Shown: positions 37,280-47,505 of the stretch, one piece after another
How positions within the stretch are numbered: position 1 is the first letter of the stretch
Layout: every line of letters begins with the position of its first letter
Virus record (IMG/VR): IMGVR_UViG_3300036832_001373
Coordinates: 32,001 to 96,000 of that record
Length of the DNA: 64,000 bases
DNA from: a virus
Reading direction: 5' to 3' (one strand)
Translations under genes and position numbers: made by a program
The notes under the pieces: generated by a model
Told to the model about the DNA's origin: nothing
The model's input: only the letters and a program-made list of their open reading frames with translations
The model's database searches: none

Positions 37280-37848
37280 TAAGTACCAGATACAGAAGCG
37301 TAAGCAGAATCTATTTGATGATAGGCTGCATTCCAGGCTGTAGACGATCCATCACCTTGATTAATACCTCCTGACTTGATACTTGAGTTTACAGAAGATT
37401 CTGTGTTGAAACAAGCCTGAACATACGTGTTAACACAATCAAATACATGACTGATCTCAGTAGCATTATATGAATGGAAACTTAAGTCTGCTAACTTCCA
37501 TTGGACAATTGTTCCAGTATGAATCTGACAATAAGTGTACACTGCGTGTAGAGCTTGTTGTGATTGTAGATCTGTTTCAATAGGTACTCCAGTAACAGTT
37601 ATACCTTTAATTTCTTTATTATATCTAGCATTCTCCGAATAATCTAAAAGAAAAGATTTAGCTGGATCGTGTGCATTATATACTGCCGTTACAGCATTTA
37701 TATCTGGATTTTGATGGATACTTTTACCCCAAGTAAAAGTACCGTCAGAAGCCCAAGAAAAATCCCAATTTGGTATAGCTGCTACTGTTAATTCACCAGC
37801 AAATGTAGGGCCTATCTTCTCACCATTAGGTCCTAGTGATACCGACAT
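37276..37848 (-). CDS. DUF4376-like tail fibre assembly protein
   Basis: RYNKEIKGITV.G..IETD..SQ...WKLAD...VQACF; downstream of fibres. Confidence 0.7.
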   Translation of the reverse strand: MSVSLGPNGEKIGPTFAGELTVAAIPNWDFSWASDGTFTWGKSIHQNPDINAVTAVYNAHDPAKSFLLDYSENARYNKEIKGITVTGVPIETDLQSQQALHAVYTYCQIHTGTIVQWKLADLSFHSYNATEISHVFDCVNTYVQACFNTESSVNSSIKSGGINQGDGSSTAWNAAYHQIDSAYASVSGTY

Positions 37849-37877
37849 GATTCTACTCCTTCATGATTCTTGAATAC

Positions 37878-39779
37878 TCATCCATCCACTGTTATAGTTA
37901 GTGATAACGGGGCTGGAAGTGGATTAGATAGGTTACGAGTATTACTGTAGACATAAGTTGCCCAGTTACACTCACCTCCTAATCCACCAGTCCCTCCTTC
38001 ACTTCCAGATGGAGTGAGTCTTAGACCTACTAAAGTACTGTAGTGGTCTCCCTCTGAGAGACCTAGCTTATCTCCAGAAAGAGCTATTGGAAAATAAAGA
38101 CTAGCTCCACCAGTTCCCTGATTAGCTGCAGTATTCTCTAATTCAGAAGTACCACCATCAAAAGAAATTGAGGTACTAGTTCCACAAGATAGACTTATAG
38201 AACTCCCTCCTGTAGTAAACTTTGCCAACTGACTGCCCCAGATTAAGAAATAATTTCTTAGAGTCTGATTTAGTTCAATATAGTCTCCAGAGGCAGTTGT
38301 TATCTGTCCTCGATTTTGATTAGATGGGAGTATTAACTGACTTCTAGATCGTTTTCGTCTTCTATTAAACCAAGATAGAACATACATCTGACCATCTTTA
38401 TCAGACCAAGCTGGTCCAGCTATTGTTCTTGCTTGTCCTACCAGACTACGAGTCTCATCCTGAGACTTAATTTCCACTCCTGTGATTAAGGATGTTGCAT
38501 GAGGCATAGTAGAAGCTTCTAGTGTCATTCCAGAGTTTGTCATGTAAGCATATATGTAGTAAGTAGTATTTGGTATAAGATTAGTTGTAGCTAGACTAAC
38601 TCCGTTTGCCGGAATGACTTGAACTTGAGCATTGATTATAATACTATTTCCATTGTAAGGATGTAGAACTAAAACATTGTTTATTAATTCAAGGTAACAA
38701 CCAGGACTATTAATTACTCCTAAAGGACCAGTTGGTCCAGCAGCTCCGGTAGCGCCACTGGCACCCGTAGCCGAACCTCCTCCAGTTCCAGATTGATCAG
38801 CAAATAATCCACCAGTAAAGTCAATCCAACATAGCCATCCAGTAGCATTCTGACTGTTGACTGGACCTATAGCATAACCAATGCACCAATCATTAGGTGA
38901 GGCTACAATTCGACCTGCATTAGGTCCAGCTCCAGCGTACAACAATTGTAATGTACTATAGGTATTGACAGGATCAACATACATACCATAGTTAGTAATC
39001 TCTTCAAGACTAGACCGTATACCAACCATAAAGTTAGTAACGTTAGGGTCACCGATAATAAACTGTTGTCCGGTTTGATCTATGCAAACTATAGTACCAA
39101 CAGTAGCACTACTATTAAATAAATTTGCGTTAACAGGAATAACTCCTTCACCCTGACCAGGGATTCTTCTCTCAGAAGCCATTAACCAAGCAGGGACATC
39201 TCTACCTTGATTAAACCCTTGTCTTAATGCTATAGCAGGGATTCTAGCAATAGAATGTCTGTCGATCTGACATGTGTTAAAAGCTACATGTGACGGATCA
39301 GGAAGAAGTGATTCATTAGCTACTTCAGGTACTGACACTAACTTTAGCAACGCTATGGTAAAATTACATATCTGAGGTAGACCTGTCATTGACAGGTATA
39401 TAGAGTAGGTAAGTCGGTTACCAAGAACGTTACCAGAAGTTTTGTATTTGTATTCTGCAGTAGCACTAATAGTAGTAATCGAGAATAATACTCCATCACT
39501 AGTATAGAGTCCTATTCGACCTACTAGAAAAGGACCTACCGACTCATCCAGGGTTAAAACGTATTCGACGGTATTATTATCGGATATAGCATATTGTAAT
39601 TGAGATGAGGTGGCAGTATAAACTACTTCTCCAGCTGGAAAGTCCAGAGTAGGATCGTTTGGAACTGGAGGAGTGGGTTGAGAACTTATCTTAGCGTGTT
39701 CGATATTAATCTTAGGGCCAGCTCCAGTTTTAGCGTTTCTAGCATAAGTTATCCCTGCAGCTGTTATCTGCGTTGCCAT
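37878..39779 (-). CDS. Tail fibre protein 1
   Basis: ITAAG N-terminal baseplate-attachment domain (GPFLVGRIGLY), GxT collagen-like linker. Confidence 0.85.
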   Translation of the reverse strand: MATQITAAGITYARNAKTGAGPKINIEHAKISSQPTPPVPNDPTLDFPAGEVVYTATSSQLQYAISDNNTVEYVLTLDESVGPFLVGRIGLYTSDGVLFSITTISATAEYKYKTSGNVLGNRLTYSIYLSMTGLPQICNFTIALLKLVSVPEVANESLLPDPSHVAFNTCQIDRHSIARIPAIALRQGFNQGRDVPAWLMASERRIPGQGEGVIPVNANLFNSSATVGTIVCIDQTGQQFIIGDPNVTNFMVGIRSSLEEITNYGMYVDPVNTYSTLQLLYAGAGPNAGRIVASPNDWCIGYAIGPVNSQNATGWLCWIDFTGGLFADQSGTGGGSATGASGATGAAGPTGPLGVINSPGCYLELINNVLVLHPYNGNSIIINAQVQVIPANGVSLATTNLIPNTTYYIYAYMTNSGMTLEASTMPHATSLITGVEIKSQDETRSLVGQARTIAGPAWSDKDGQMYVLSWFNRRRKRSRSQLILPSNQNRGQITTASGDYIELNQTLRNYFLIWGSQLAKFTTGGSSISLSCGTSTSISFDGGTSELENTAANQGTGGASLYFPIALSGDKLGLSEGDHYSTLVGLRLTPSGSEGGTGGLGGECNWATYVYSNTRNLSNPLPAPLSLTITVDG

Positions 39780-39790
39780 TCAATCTCTCC

Positions 39791-41710
39791 TTAACCTTCA
39801 ACAACCATAGTTATAGTAATAGGAGATGGAAGTGGGTTAGATTGGGTATGAGTATTACTATAGTCATATGGTCTCCATTGAGCTTTTCCTGGACCACCTC
39901 CAGAGAGAAATCCCATTAAAGTACTGTAATGCCATCCTTCTACTAATCCTTTTCTTGTTCCAGCAAGAGCTATTGGCCCTTCCATTGTAGGACCTCTTGT
40001 ACCTTGAGCAGCAGTTGAATTCTCGGACTCTGGGTAGAGACCGTCAATACTTATTGCAGAAGTTACACCGTTTCCACCATTACCCAAGTGACTACCTCCA
40101 GTAGAAAACGTAATTACTTGATTACTCCAGACTAAGAAATAATTTCTTAAAGTTAAACTAACCTCGACATAATCATTAGCAGAATTGGTACACAAACTAG
40201 CCAATTGAGATCTAGATCTCTTTCGTTTACGGTTAAACCAAGACAGTACATACAATTGACCATCAGTATCGATCCAAGCAGCGGGACTAGGTCCCGCTGT
40301 GGTCCTAGCAAAGCCAACTAACGTATAGTTCTGATCAAGATTTTTAATTTCTACTCCTGTAACTTGAGAAGTTATGTGACCAGCAGTAGAGGCTTGAAGT
40401 GCCATCCCAGTTGGAGTCATAAAAGCATAAATATAATAGTTAGTATCGTTTAGAAGTCCAGTAGGAGGTAAGTTAACTCCTGCACTTGGGATAGTTTGGA
40501 TTTGACCAGCTATTATTATACTATTCCCATTATAGGGATGCAGGGTTAGCAATCCACTTATTAATTCTAGATAACATTGTCCTCCAACCTGAAATCCACT
40601 TCCAGGTCCACCTCCACCAGTTCCACCTGGACCTGTAGCGCCTGTCGCTCCAGTAGCACCTGCTCCACTTGATTTCCTAGCGAATAATCCACCAGTAAAA
40701 TCTATCCAACATAGCCAACCTTGAATAGGCTGACTACCAGGAGGTGAGCTATTAACTGGGGCTATGGCATAGCCTATACACCAATTGTTAGCTGCTCCTA
40801 CAATTTGACCAGCATTAACTCCAGTACCAGCATATAATAACTGGAGAGGACTCCAGTTATTAATTGGATCAACGTACATACCATAATTTGTAATTTCTTC
40901 ATTACCTGTTCGTATACCGACCATAAAATTAGTAATTTGTGGGTCGGCAAGAACCATCTGAGGAGGATTTCCACTATAGTTTACAGAAACAATTTTGCCA
41001 ACGGGTGCATTAGAGGAAAATACAGAAGAATCAACTGGGACTACACCTTCACCCTGACCAGGAATCAGTCTCTCAGAAGCCATTAACCAAGCTTGGGACA
41101 TACCTAGAGAAGGCAGACCTCTTAGACCTATAGCTGGAATTCTAGCAAATGAATGTTTATCTACCTGATAAGTATTGAAAGCTACTCCAGTTGGACCAGG
41201 TAAAACTAGTTCTGAAGCTACCTCAGGTATAGTTAACAATTGTAATAATTGTATTGTAAAATTGGCTATAGTAGCTATACTTGAGATTGCTAGGTATATT
41301 GAGTATGTTAATCTATTTCCAACAACAGTTCCAGAAGTTGGAAATTTATTATCAGGGACATAGTTTCCACTTCCATCTTTAGTATCAATCATAGTTATGG
41401 AGAACAATGTACCATCCTCTGTGAAAAGTCCTATTCTACCAATAGTAAAAGGTCCGACAGACTCATCGAGAGTTAGAATATACTCTACAGTATTCTGATC
41501 TACTACTGCGTATTGCAATTGACCTGGACTGGCTGTATATACTGAGTCTATGATATCTATAGCCGGATCATTTGGAATTGGAGGTGATGAAGATCCTGGA
41601 GGAAATTGAGTAGGACCAATTTTAGCATAAGTTATATTAATTTTTGGACCCTGGTTATTTTTAGCATTAACTGCGTAAGTAATCCCAGCTTGTGTAATTT
41701 CAGTGGTCAC
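39791..41710 (-). CDS. Tail fibre protein 2 (full-length paralogue of fibre 1)
   Basis: Colinear similarity to 37878-39779 throughout. Confidence 0.85.
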   Translation of the reverse strand: MTTEITQAGITYAVNAKNNQGPKINITYAKIGPTQFPPGSSSPPIPNDPAIDIIDSVYTASPGQLQYAVVDQNTVEYILTLDESVGPFTIGRIGLFTEDGTLFSITMIDTKDGSGNYVPDNKFPTSGTVVGNRLTYSIYLAISSIATIANFTIQLLQLLTIPEVASELVLPGPTGVAFNTYQVDKHSFARIPAIGLRGLPSLGMSQAWLMASERLIPGQGEGVVPVDSSVFSSNAPVGKIVSVNYSGNPPQMVLADPQITNFMVGIRTGNEEITNYGMYVDPINNWSPLQLLYAGTGVNAGQIVGAANNWCIGYAIAPVNSSPPGSQPIQGWLCWIDFTGGLFARKSSGAGATGATGATGPGGTGGGGPGSGFQVGGQCYLELISGLLTLHPYNGNSIIIAGQIQTIPSAGVNLPPTGLLNDTNYYIYAFMTPTGMALQASTAGHITSQVTGVEIKNLDQNYTLVGFARTTAGPSPAAWIDTDGQLYVLSWFNRKRKRSRSQLASLCTNSANDYVEVSLTLRNYFLVWSNQVITFSTGGSHLGNGGNGVTSAISIDGLYPESENSTAAQGTRGPTMEGPIALAGTRKGLVEGWHYSTLMGFLSGGGPGKAQWRPYDYSNTHTQSNPLPSPITITMVVEG

Positions 41711-41735
41711 AGTAGAGTCTCCCTTGAGTAGGTTT

Positions 41736-43127
41736 CTAGATCACTATAAAAGGTGAGTAGTCAGAAAACTCTTCGTGACGGTAATCTACCATTACCATAT
41801 AAATGTAGGGGTAATTTAGTTGGATAGGAGCAGAATGGCTTTCGTAATGTCTATACCTATGGTCGAACATTTTAATAAACAGTGTCATATCAGCAACAAC
41901 TACTGGTGCAGAATGGTCAACATAATTATGAGTTGTGTGGTCAGCTATTATTAAATACATATTCATAGGCTCTCTATAGCGACCTAAGAAAGCCTGGAGA
42001 ACTAAAGGTACCGATGCTAATTTATAAAACGTATCTAGTAGTAAACCATAAATTTCTTCGTCGTATATGTCAAACTTATTTAAGTCGTAAGTGACTACTA
42101 CGTGGTTTGTTGGATAGTAACCAGTATCAACAGTGTGTCCATCATTGGACACACAAAAGTACTCATCACCAATAAGTTTTAATGTTCCTGGTCTGCTAGG
42201 ATCCCTGCCAAGATGGCATAAGCCACCAGGAAGAACAAAATCTCTGTAGTCATTGGTCCAAGTTGCATCTACGTATAAATGCGTATCGTATACATATGCT
42301 AGAAAATCAATAAAATATTGAGTTCCAGCATATAGAAGAAACTCTTTCCACTCATAGGCTAACCGTCTTCTAGACTCATTGTCCAGAAGACTTATGTTAA
42401 GATAACATCCTACTGTTTCAATAAAAGGACCAAGGAAATCTGGAGGCATTCGGTCCCATCGTCTTAGGTCTCCTGCTCTTTGCGTCAGGTACGTAGACTC
42501 TGAGACTACAAATTTCCTCATATCCTTCATAAATGCACTAAGAAGAGTAGATTGTCTAAAGTAATTCGGAGTATATACTACGGAATTGTAATCAGTACCT
42601 AAAGGTATATGCATTTGCCATTCATCTGATGGCAATATCCATTTAGGAAATGGTGTTATAATATCAATACCTACAGTACTAACGTGATACTGTGGATCTT
42701 CGTTTAATACAGCCATCCCACCTAGAGGGGACGTAATAACAAAACCTTTAAATACTCCACCCTGACCTAAGTCAGACCATTTAAACTTTGATAATGTAGC
42801 ATACCACTCATCTTGATCAACATTCTGATGATCAGGGTCATCACCCTCACACCATAAAGTTAAAGTATCTTCAGGAGCATAGTTTTGATTAATAGCATTA
42901 AGAGTTACAATTGTAGGAGTTAGGGTAAGAAAACTATGAGCAAAGATAGTAACTTTACCAAAACTTACAAGTAAACTTGGTATAGATCCAGACGGACCAA
43001 TATTTAGTGCGTAGTCATTAGTTAGATCAATAGACCAATCATTAGTACCATCTACCGAATAATTGGTAAAACCGCTACCTATAAAAGAGGTAGCCCATAT
43101 AGTTACCTTACCTTGATAAACTGTCAT
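41736..43127 (-). CDS. Baseplate wedge protein (P2 gpI/T4 gp7-like)
   Basis: LLYAGTQYFIDFL, YYPTNHV; lies between gpJ-like gene and fibres. Confidence 0.65.
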   Translation of the reverse strand: MTVYQGKVTIWATSFIGSGFTNYSVDGTNDWSIDLTNDYALNIGPSGSIPSLLVSFGKVTIFAHSFLTLTPTIVTLNAINQNYAPEDTLTLWCEGDDPDHQNVDQDEWYATLSKFKWSDLGQGGVFKGFVITSPLGGMAVLNEDPQYHVSTVGIDIITPFPKWILPSDEWQMHIPLGTDYNSVVYTPNYFRQSTLLSAFMKDMRKFVVSESTYLTQRAGDLRRWDRMPPDFLGPFIETVGCYLNISLLDNESRRRLAYEWKEFLLYAGTQYFIDFLAYVYDTHLYVDATWTNDYRDFVLPGGLCHLGRDPSRPGTLKLIGDEYFCVSNDGHTVDTGYYPTNHVVVTYDLNKFDIYDEEIYGLLLDTFYKLASVPLVLQAFLGRYREPMNMYLIIADHTTHNYVDHSAPVVVADMTLFIKMFDHRYRHYESHSAPIQLNYPYIYMVMVDYRHEEFSDYSPFIVI

Positions 43128-45370
43128 CTGTCACTAGCAGTCATCTGAATATTTAAACTTGTTAGGTATACGTACTGATCTGTATCTACAGGGGTATCAG
43201 CCCCTTGAACTGGATTTATAAAAACGTGATAGTCTACTCCAGGAACTGAAGATACAACTCTTCCGTAGTCAGAGAATTTTATCGACTTAGATATAGATCC
43301 TTTTTTAATCTTTAAGAGATCTGTTATTGTTTTAGATACTTGAGCTAAGACAGTATTTCTACTATAGGCGGGGTTGTAAAAAACCTGTAGAGAAAGATCC
43401 GCTCTAACCATCCTACATGAAGAGTAACTAAACTGAGTTGTAAAGTGGTTTGTATTAAGTATAAAGGAAGCAACCTCAGATTGCTGAGTTGTAGTCAGAT
43501 TTCCAGCATAGTATTGAGCACTTATTATAGCATTTGTAGCAAGATTATTAGGATATCGTAAAACTACTCCAGAAGTATTATAATCAATAGTAGAGGAATT
43601 AGGAGCTATTTGTACCTCAATTTCAGAAACTTTGCAGTAGCTAGAAGCTCCATAAGTTCCGTTTATCTGAAATCTCAAATATGTATAGGCAGTATTATTA
43701 TTTAGAGCGTACCAATTAGTATAACCTTCAACTCCAGGCTCTGGAGGATACACATTTCCTCTGATCGGAATCCAGTCAGGCTGAAAGTTTATTGAAGGAG
43801 GAGTACCTGGAGGAGCTGTTACCAAGCTAGACCCATTAGACCCCCAACAACTTATACTATCTGGAAACGATCTATCATCTAAAAGAGTATCATTAGAAGC
43901 TCTAAATCTAAAACTTTTAGGTACTTGTTGTGACCCACCTGAGAATATGATCATTATGTATAATGGATTAGTTAAAGAAGGAGAAAATCCAGAAGTCCAT
44001 GCTGTATCAGGTGAACCGTCAATAACATTACTAATAGTAGTTCCAATATCAGATGTAGCATATATGTTAGTATCAGGAGTTAATAGAGTATCAAACGAAA
44101 CTCTTGGAGAAGTTAGGACTCCGTATCCATCTATATCAGAGAAAACTATCTTAGAATTACTCCCTGGATCATTATTACTAAATAATGAAGATCCTGGAAT
44201 TGGAAGACTCTGACTTAGAGTTACAACAAAAGTTGAAGTATAACCGTCAGCTGTAGCTAGCTGACCGTCAGAATAGGATAAAATTGTTGAAAGAACTCCT
44301 CCCCAGAATGCTCTATTCATCATATCTAAAGTACCTAAACCTACCATAATAGCTTGTTCGTATTCTCCCCACACCCTAGCATCATCCATAGCAACAGGGC
44401 AGTCGGCACCAAGCAACTGACCAATATAGTCATCACGTCTAACCGACCGTTCATTAGCAGCATACAAACGAGGAGTGACATACTTAATACTGTCCAAGTC
44501 CTCTTCATCGGATCCTCCGGAAGCAACTGTAGTGGTACTACAAGTAATAAGTAATCCAACTCCCTCTGATACTACTATCGTATCATTCAATAGAACAGTA
44601 TCTCCTATTGAAGCGTTATTTCCTTGAGCTCCTAAAGTAGTAGTATATAGAACCTGAATTGTATTTCCAGAAGCTGGAATAACTCCGTAAATACCATTTC
44701 CAAACAGTATTAAAACTCGTCCATCTGGAGATGTCGTAGGGATAAAAACTTGATCTGTTGCTAGGTACTTTACAAAAGTTCCGATACCTTGAGCCCAATA
44801 CTCATTGTTGATAAATACTCGAACTGTATCTTGATCAACCTCATACTGATTTCCAACTAACCATCTTTGAAATTTTTCTCCGGTAGAAGTAAAAGAGATA
44901 GAGTTTTGAATACCTTCAAATACTTCAATTGAGATTTCTGTATCTGAATAACTTATCAAGTAATCACTTCTAGTATGCCAAGTCATGTTTCTACAAGTGA
45001 ATTGAGTATAAGCAGGTATTGTAATTGATTTTTGCGCAGGAGATATCTGTTGACTAAAGTCTGGAAATCCATCTCCAGAAACAATCTTAACAGTTTGCTG
45101 AGCTCCCATACGCCTTCTAGGAGAAATACCTAAAGTACTAGCAATCGCGTATCCAGCACTTTTCAAAAAAGCGAATGGAGTAAAGTTGTTTAAATCCCTT
45201 GTAACTTGAGAATAATTTAGCATAGCAACAACCCCAGCCAACGTATTTGAAAGAAGCACTATAGTTTGATCTGGGAAACCTGCCGACAATAAATCGCTTT
45301 CATTAGCGATTTTAGACTGCATCTCTACGGCTAGAGATGCGTAATCTGTGTTGAGACCAGATAGCTCCAA
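43124..45370 (-). CDS. Baseplate wedge protein (T4 gp6/P2 gpJ-like) with discoidin-like insertion
   Basis: FGNGIYGVIP, GGSDEEDLDSIK, RSVRRDDY, VPGVDY. Confidence 0.85.
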   Translation of the reverse strand: MELSGLNTDYASLAVEMQSKIANESDLLSAGFPDQTIVLLSNTLAGVVAMLNYSQVTRDLNNFTPFAFLKSAGYAIASTLGISPRRRMGAQQTVKIVSGDGFPDFSQQISPAQKSITIPAYTQFTCRNMTWHTRSDYLISYSDTEISIEVFEGIQNSISFTSTGEKFQRWLVGNQYEVDQDTVRVFINNEYWAQGIGTFVKYLATDQVFIPTTSPDGRVLILFGNGIYGVIPASGNTIQVLYTTTLGAQGNNASIGDTVLLNDTIVVSEGVGLLITCSTTTVASGGSDEEDLDSIKYVTPRLYAANERSVRRDDYIGQLLGADCPVAMDDARVWGEYEQAIMVGLGTLDMMNRAFWGGVLSTILSYSDGQLATADGYTSTFVVTLSQSLPIPGSSLFSNNDPGSNSKIVFSDIDGYGVLTSPRVSFDTLLTPDTNIYATSDIGTTISNVIDGSPDTAWTSGFSPSLTNPLYIMIIFSGGSQQVPKSFRFRASNDTLLDDRSFPDSISCWGSNGSSLVTAPPGTPPSINFQPDWIPIRGNVYPPEPGVEGYTNWYALNNNTAYTYLRFQINGTYGASSYCKVSEIEVQIAPNSSTIDYNTSGVVLRYPNNLATNAIISAQYYAGNLTTTQQSEVASFILNTNHFTTQFSYSSCRMVRADLSLQVFYNPAYSRNTVLAQVSKTITDLLKIKKGSISKSIKFSDYGRVVSSVPGVDYHVFINPVQGADTPVDTDQYVYLTSLNIQMTASDR

Positions 45371-45382
45371 TGGTATATCCTC

Positions 45383-45841
45383 CTACTGGCCGACTTGCGT
45401 TGACAGAGACCTTACATAGGTTACAATTTGATCGTTAGAAAGAATTTGATAAACGATGTACGCATTATAGAAATGGATATCATAGTAAGGAATAACAATA
45501 GAAGGCTGTACTTGCACTCTAACTCTTGGTTCCCATCTCTCAATAGCTTCTATGATTGAAATTTTTAGCCTGTATGCTGTCAAATCGTTCATTGGTTCAA
45601 ATAATATACTTTTTATCCTACTTCCAAAATCTCTATTGAACATAAAGCTACCAACTGGGCACTCCAGGATGTTATCAATATTCTCATTTAATGCGTCAGC
45701 TCCAGTAACTACGATCTGATTGGAGCGTTGTTGAAACCGTCTTTCTAGATCATTAAAGAAATATAATTGAGGTGGTAAGTTTTTATTAGTGATATTACCT
45801 GGTCTGGCAGCGTCTCTAGTGAAAGGAAGGGCTAGTGCCAT
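45383..45841 (-). CDS. Baseplate gp25-like protein
   Basis: PVGS..NRDFGS...LFEP...IERWEPRV. Confidence 0.9.
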   Translation of the reverse strand: MALALPFTRDAARPGNITNKNLPPQLYFFNDLERRFQQRSNQIVVTGADALNENIDNILECPVGSFMFNRDFGSRIKSILFEPMNDLTAYRLKISIIEAIERWEPRVRVQVQPSIVIPYYDIHFYNAYIVYQILSNDQIVTYVRSLSTQVGQ

Positions 45842-45847
45842 GTTAGA

Positions 45848-46975
45848 TTACCCATCCATATCTGTCAAGGAAATCATCCAATTCCAAGCATTAGTCGGAG
45901 CTTTTGATGACCATTTCCCATCATTCTTATCGTTTCTTGATCCATCTTGTTTTATTACAGTTGTAGCAGGAGCATCAGCTCGAGCAGTACTAGAAGCTCC
46001 AACATTACGAGTATACGTCTGTCCTACGTTATGTGTATAATTTTGCTTATGTGAGAAATTTACGTCTTTAGAGACTGTAGAAGCGTGTTCATCTTTGAAA
46101 GTTTCTGTAACTTTTCCTTGAACAGTATTTTGATGTTGACCTGCTACAGTCCAAGTAATATCTCCTTTTACAGTATCTTTTCCTTCAGGAGGTTGTTCTG
46201 AAGTTCCTCCTCCACCAGAACTTCCGCCAGAAGCAGCAAAGGTAGCAGCTGATCCACCTCCTCCATTGCTTCCTCCACCCCCTTGAATCTGAGTAGGACC
46301 ACCGCTTTCTCCCCAACCTTTGGTCCTATCATGTTTAGTATCTTGGATATCCCAAGAAACTTTTGGGGATTTAATTATAACTTCAGAAAGCTTGGTCCAA
46401 TCAATATTCAAAGTTTTCTTTTTCATATCGACATGGTAAAGATTACCAAGAGGGTCCTTGTGCCCATAATGATCCTTTTGGTTAAATCCACTATCTTGAC
46501 CAGTACCTCCACTTCCACCACTATCTCCACCACCACTTCCAGTATCTAGCTGACCAGATCCGCCACTACCTCCACCACTACCACCTCCTGATCCCCCACT
46601 CCCACTACCAGAACTATCTCCACTAAATTCTTTGATTTTACCTGGGGTAGAGTACGGTGCTCCATTTACTAGAGGAGAGTACTTATCAGCTCCGTGAGCT
46701 CTAGCCTTCATCATAGCTCCCTTTTGAGGGAGTCCAAATGTCGACTGCTCAGCGTTATTTCCAAATCCAGGAGAACGTTCTAGTTGAGCCCAAGGAAGAT
46801 GCTCATCAGGTATACCAGAGTTTTCATCTCCATGTAATTCAGGAACTCTAAATTTTACACGACCTTGTTTCTTAGGGTCTGGATACTTATGAGGATCTAT
46901 AACGGTACCGTACCTAGTATCCTCTGAAGGATTATTCTTGGCACCAGTATCGAGCCCTGGCATCACGAACGACAT
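45848..46975 (-). CDS. Baseplate central spike (gp5/VgrG/gpV-like OB fold + beta-helix)
   Basis: DPKKQGRVKFRVPELHG..LPWA; TVxG repeats; Gly-Ser linkers. Confidence 0.8.
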   Translation of the reverse strand: MSFVMPGLDTGAKNNPSEDTRYGTVIDPHKYPDPKKQGRVKFRVPELHGDENSGIPDEHLPWAQLERSPGFGNNAEQSTFGLPQKGAMMKARAHGADKYSPLVNGAPYSTPGKIKEFSGDSSGSGSGGSGGGSGGGSGGSGQLDTGSGGGDSGGSGGTGQDSGFNQKDHYGHKDPLGNLYHVDMKKKTLNIDWTKLSEVIIKSPKVSWDIQDTKHDRTKGWGESGGPTQIQGGGGSNGGGGSAATFAASGGSSGGGGTSEQPPEGKDTVKGDITWTVAGQHQNTVQGKVTETFKDEHASTVSKDVNFSHKQNYTHNVGQTYTRNVGASSTARADAPATTVIKQDGSRNDKNDGKWSSKAPTNAWNWMISLTDMDG

Positions 46976-46989
46976 TGTTACATCTCCTT

Positions 46990-47505
46990 TTAGAGGCCAT
47001 GTTCCTTTGGAAACTCTTTACCAAAGAAGTCTTTATTATCTTCCCACTCTCGTCTAGGATAAGCTAGTATCTGATGAGAATACTGAGGTGCTGGAGCTTG
47101 GTCAGCTAAACTACGTAGACCTTTAAATTTCTCTAATTTATCATGTATATGATTCATAATATCTGAATGGTTTCTTTTAATATGATCAATCGCACTCTGA
47201 TAATTAGGATCAGACTTATCCATAGCTGCGAATTTTAGAGTATGAACTGAGTTAATTCCTTTTTGGTAATCCTTCATTATATGAGGGAGAGCAAATCTAT
47301 TAGCTCCTTCCCTATCAATTGATTTAACCTGATTGTTTAGGTGACTCTCTATTTCATTTTGTTTAGCAAAAACTCCAGGCATAGAAGCTGCTACATTTTG
47401 AAGTTTCTTATGAAACTCGTCTGATTTCTGGGCCTTTTTAGCACCAAGTCTAGCACTAAAATCAACGACGTCACCTTCTAGAATAGTTAGTATGTGACTC
47501 ATCAT
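46990..47505 (-). CDS. Hypothetical protein in baseplate cluster
   Basis: 171 aa coupled ORF. Confidence 0.6.
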   Translation of the reverse strand: MMSHILTILEGDVVDFSARLGAKKAQKSDEFHKKLQNVAASMPGVFAKQNEIESHLNNQVKSIDREGANRFALPHIMKDYQKGINSVHTLKFAAMDKSDPNYQSAIDHIKRNHSDIMNHIHDKLEKFKGLRSLADQAPAPQYSHQILAYPRREWEDNKDFFGKEFPKEHGL

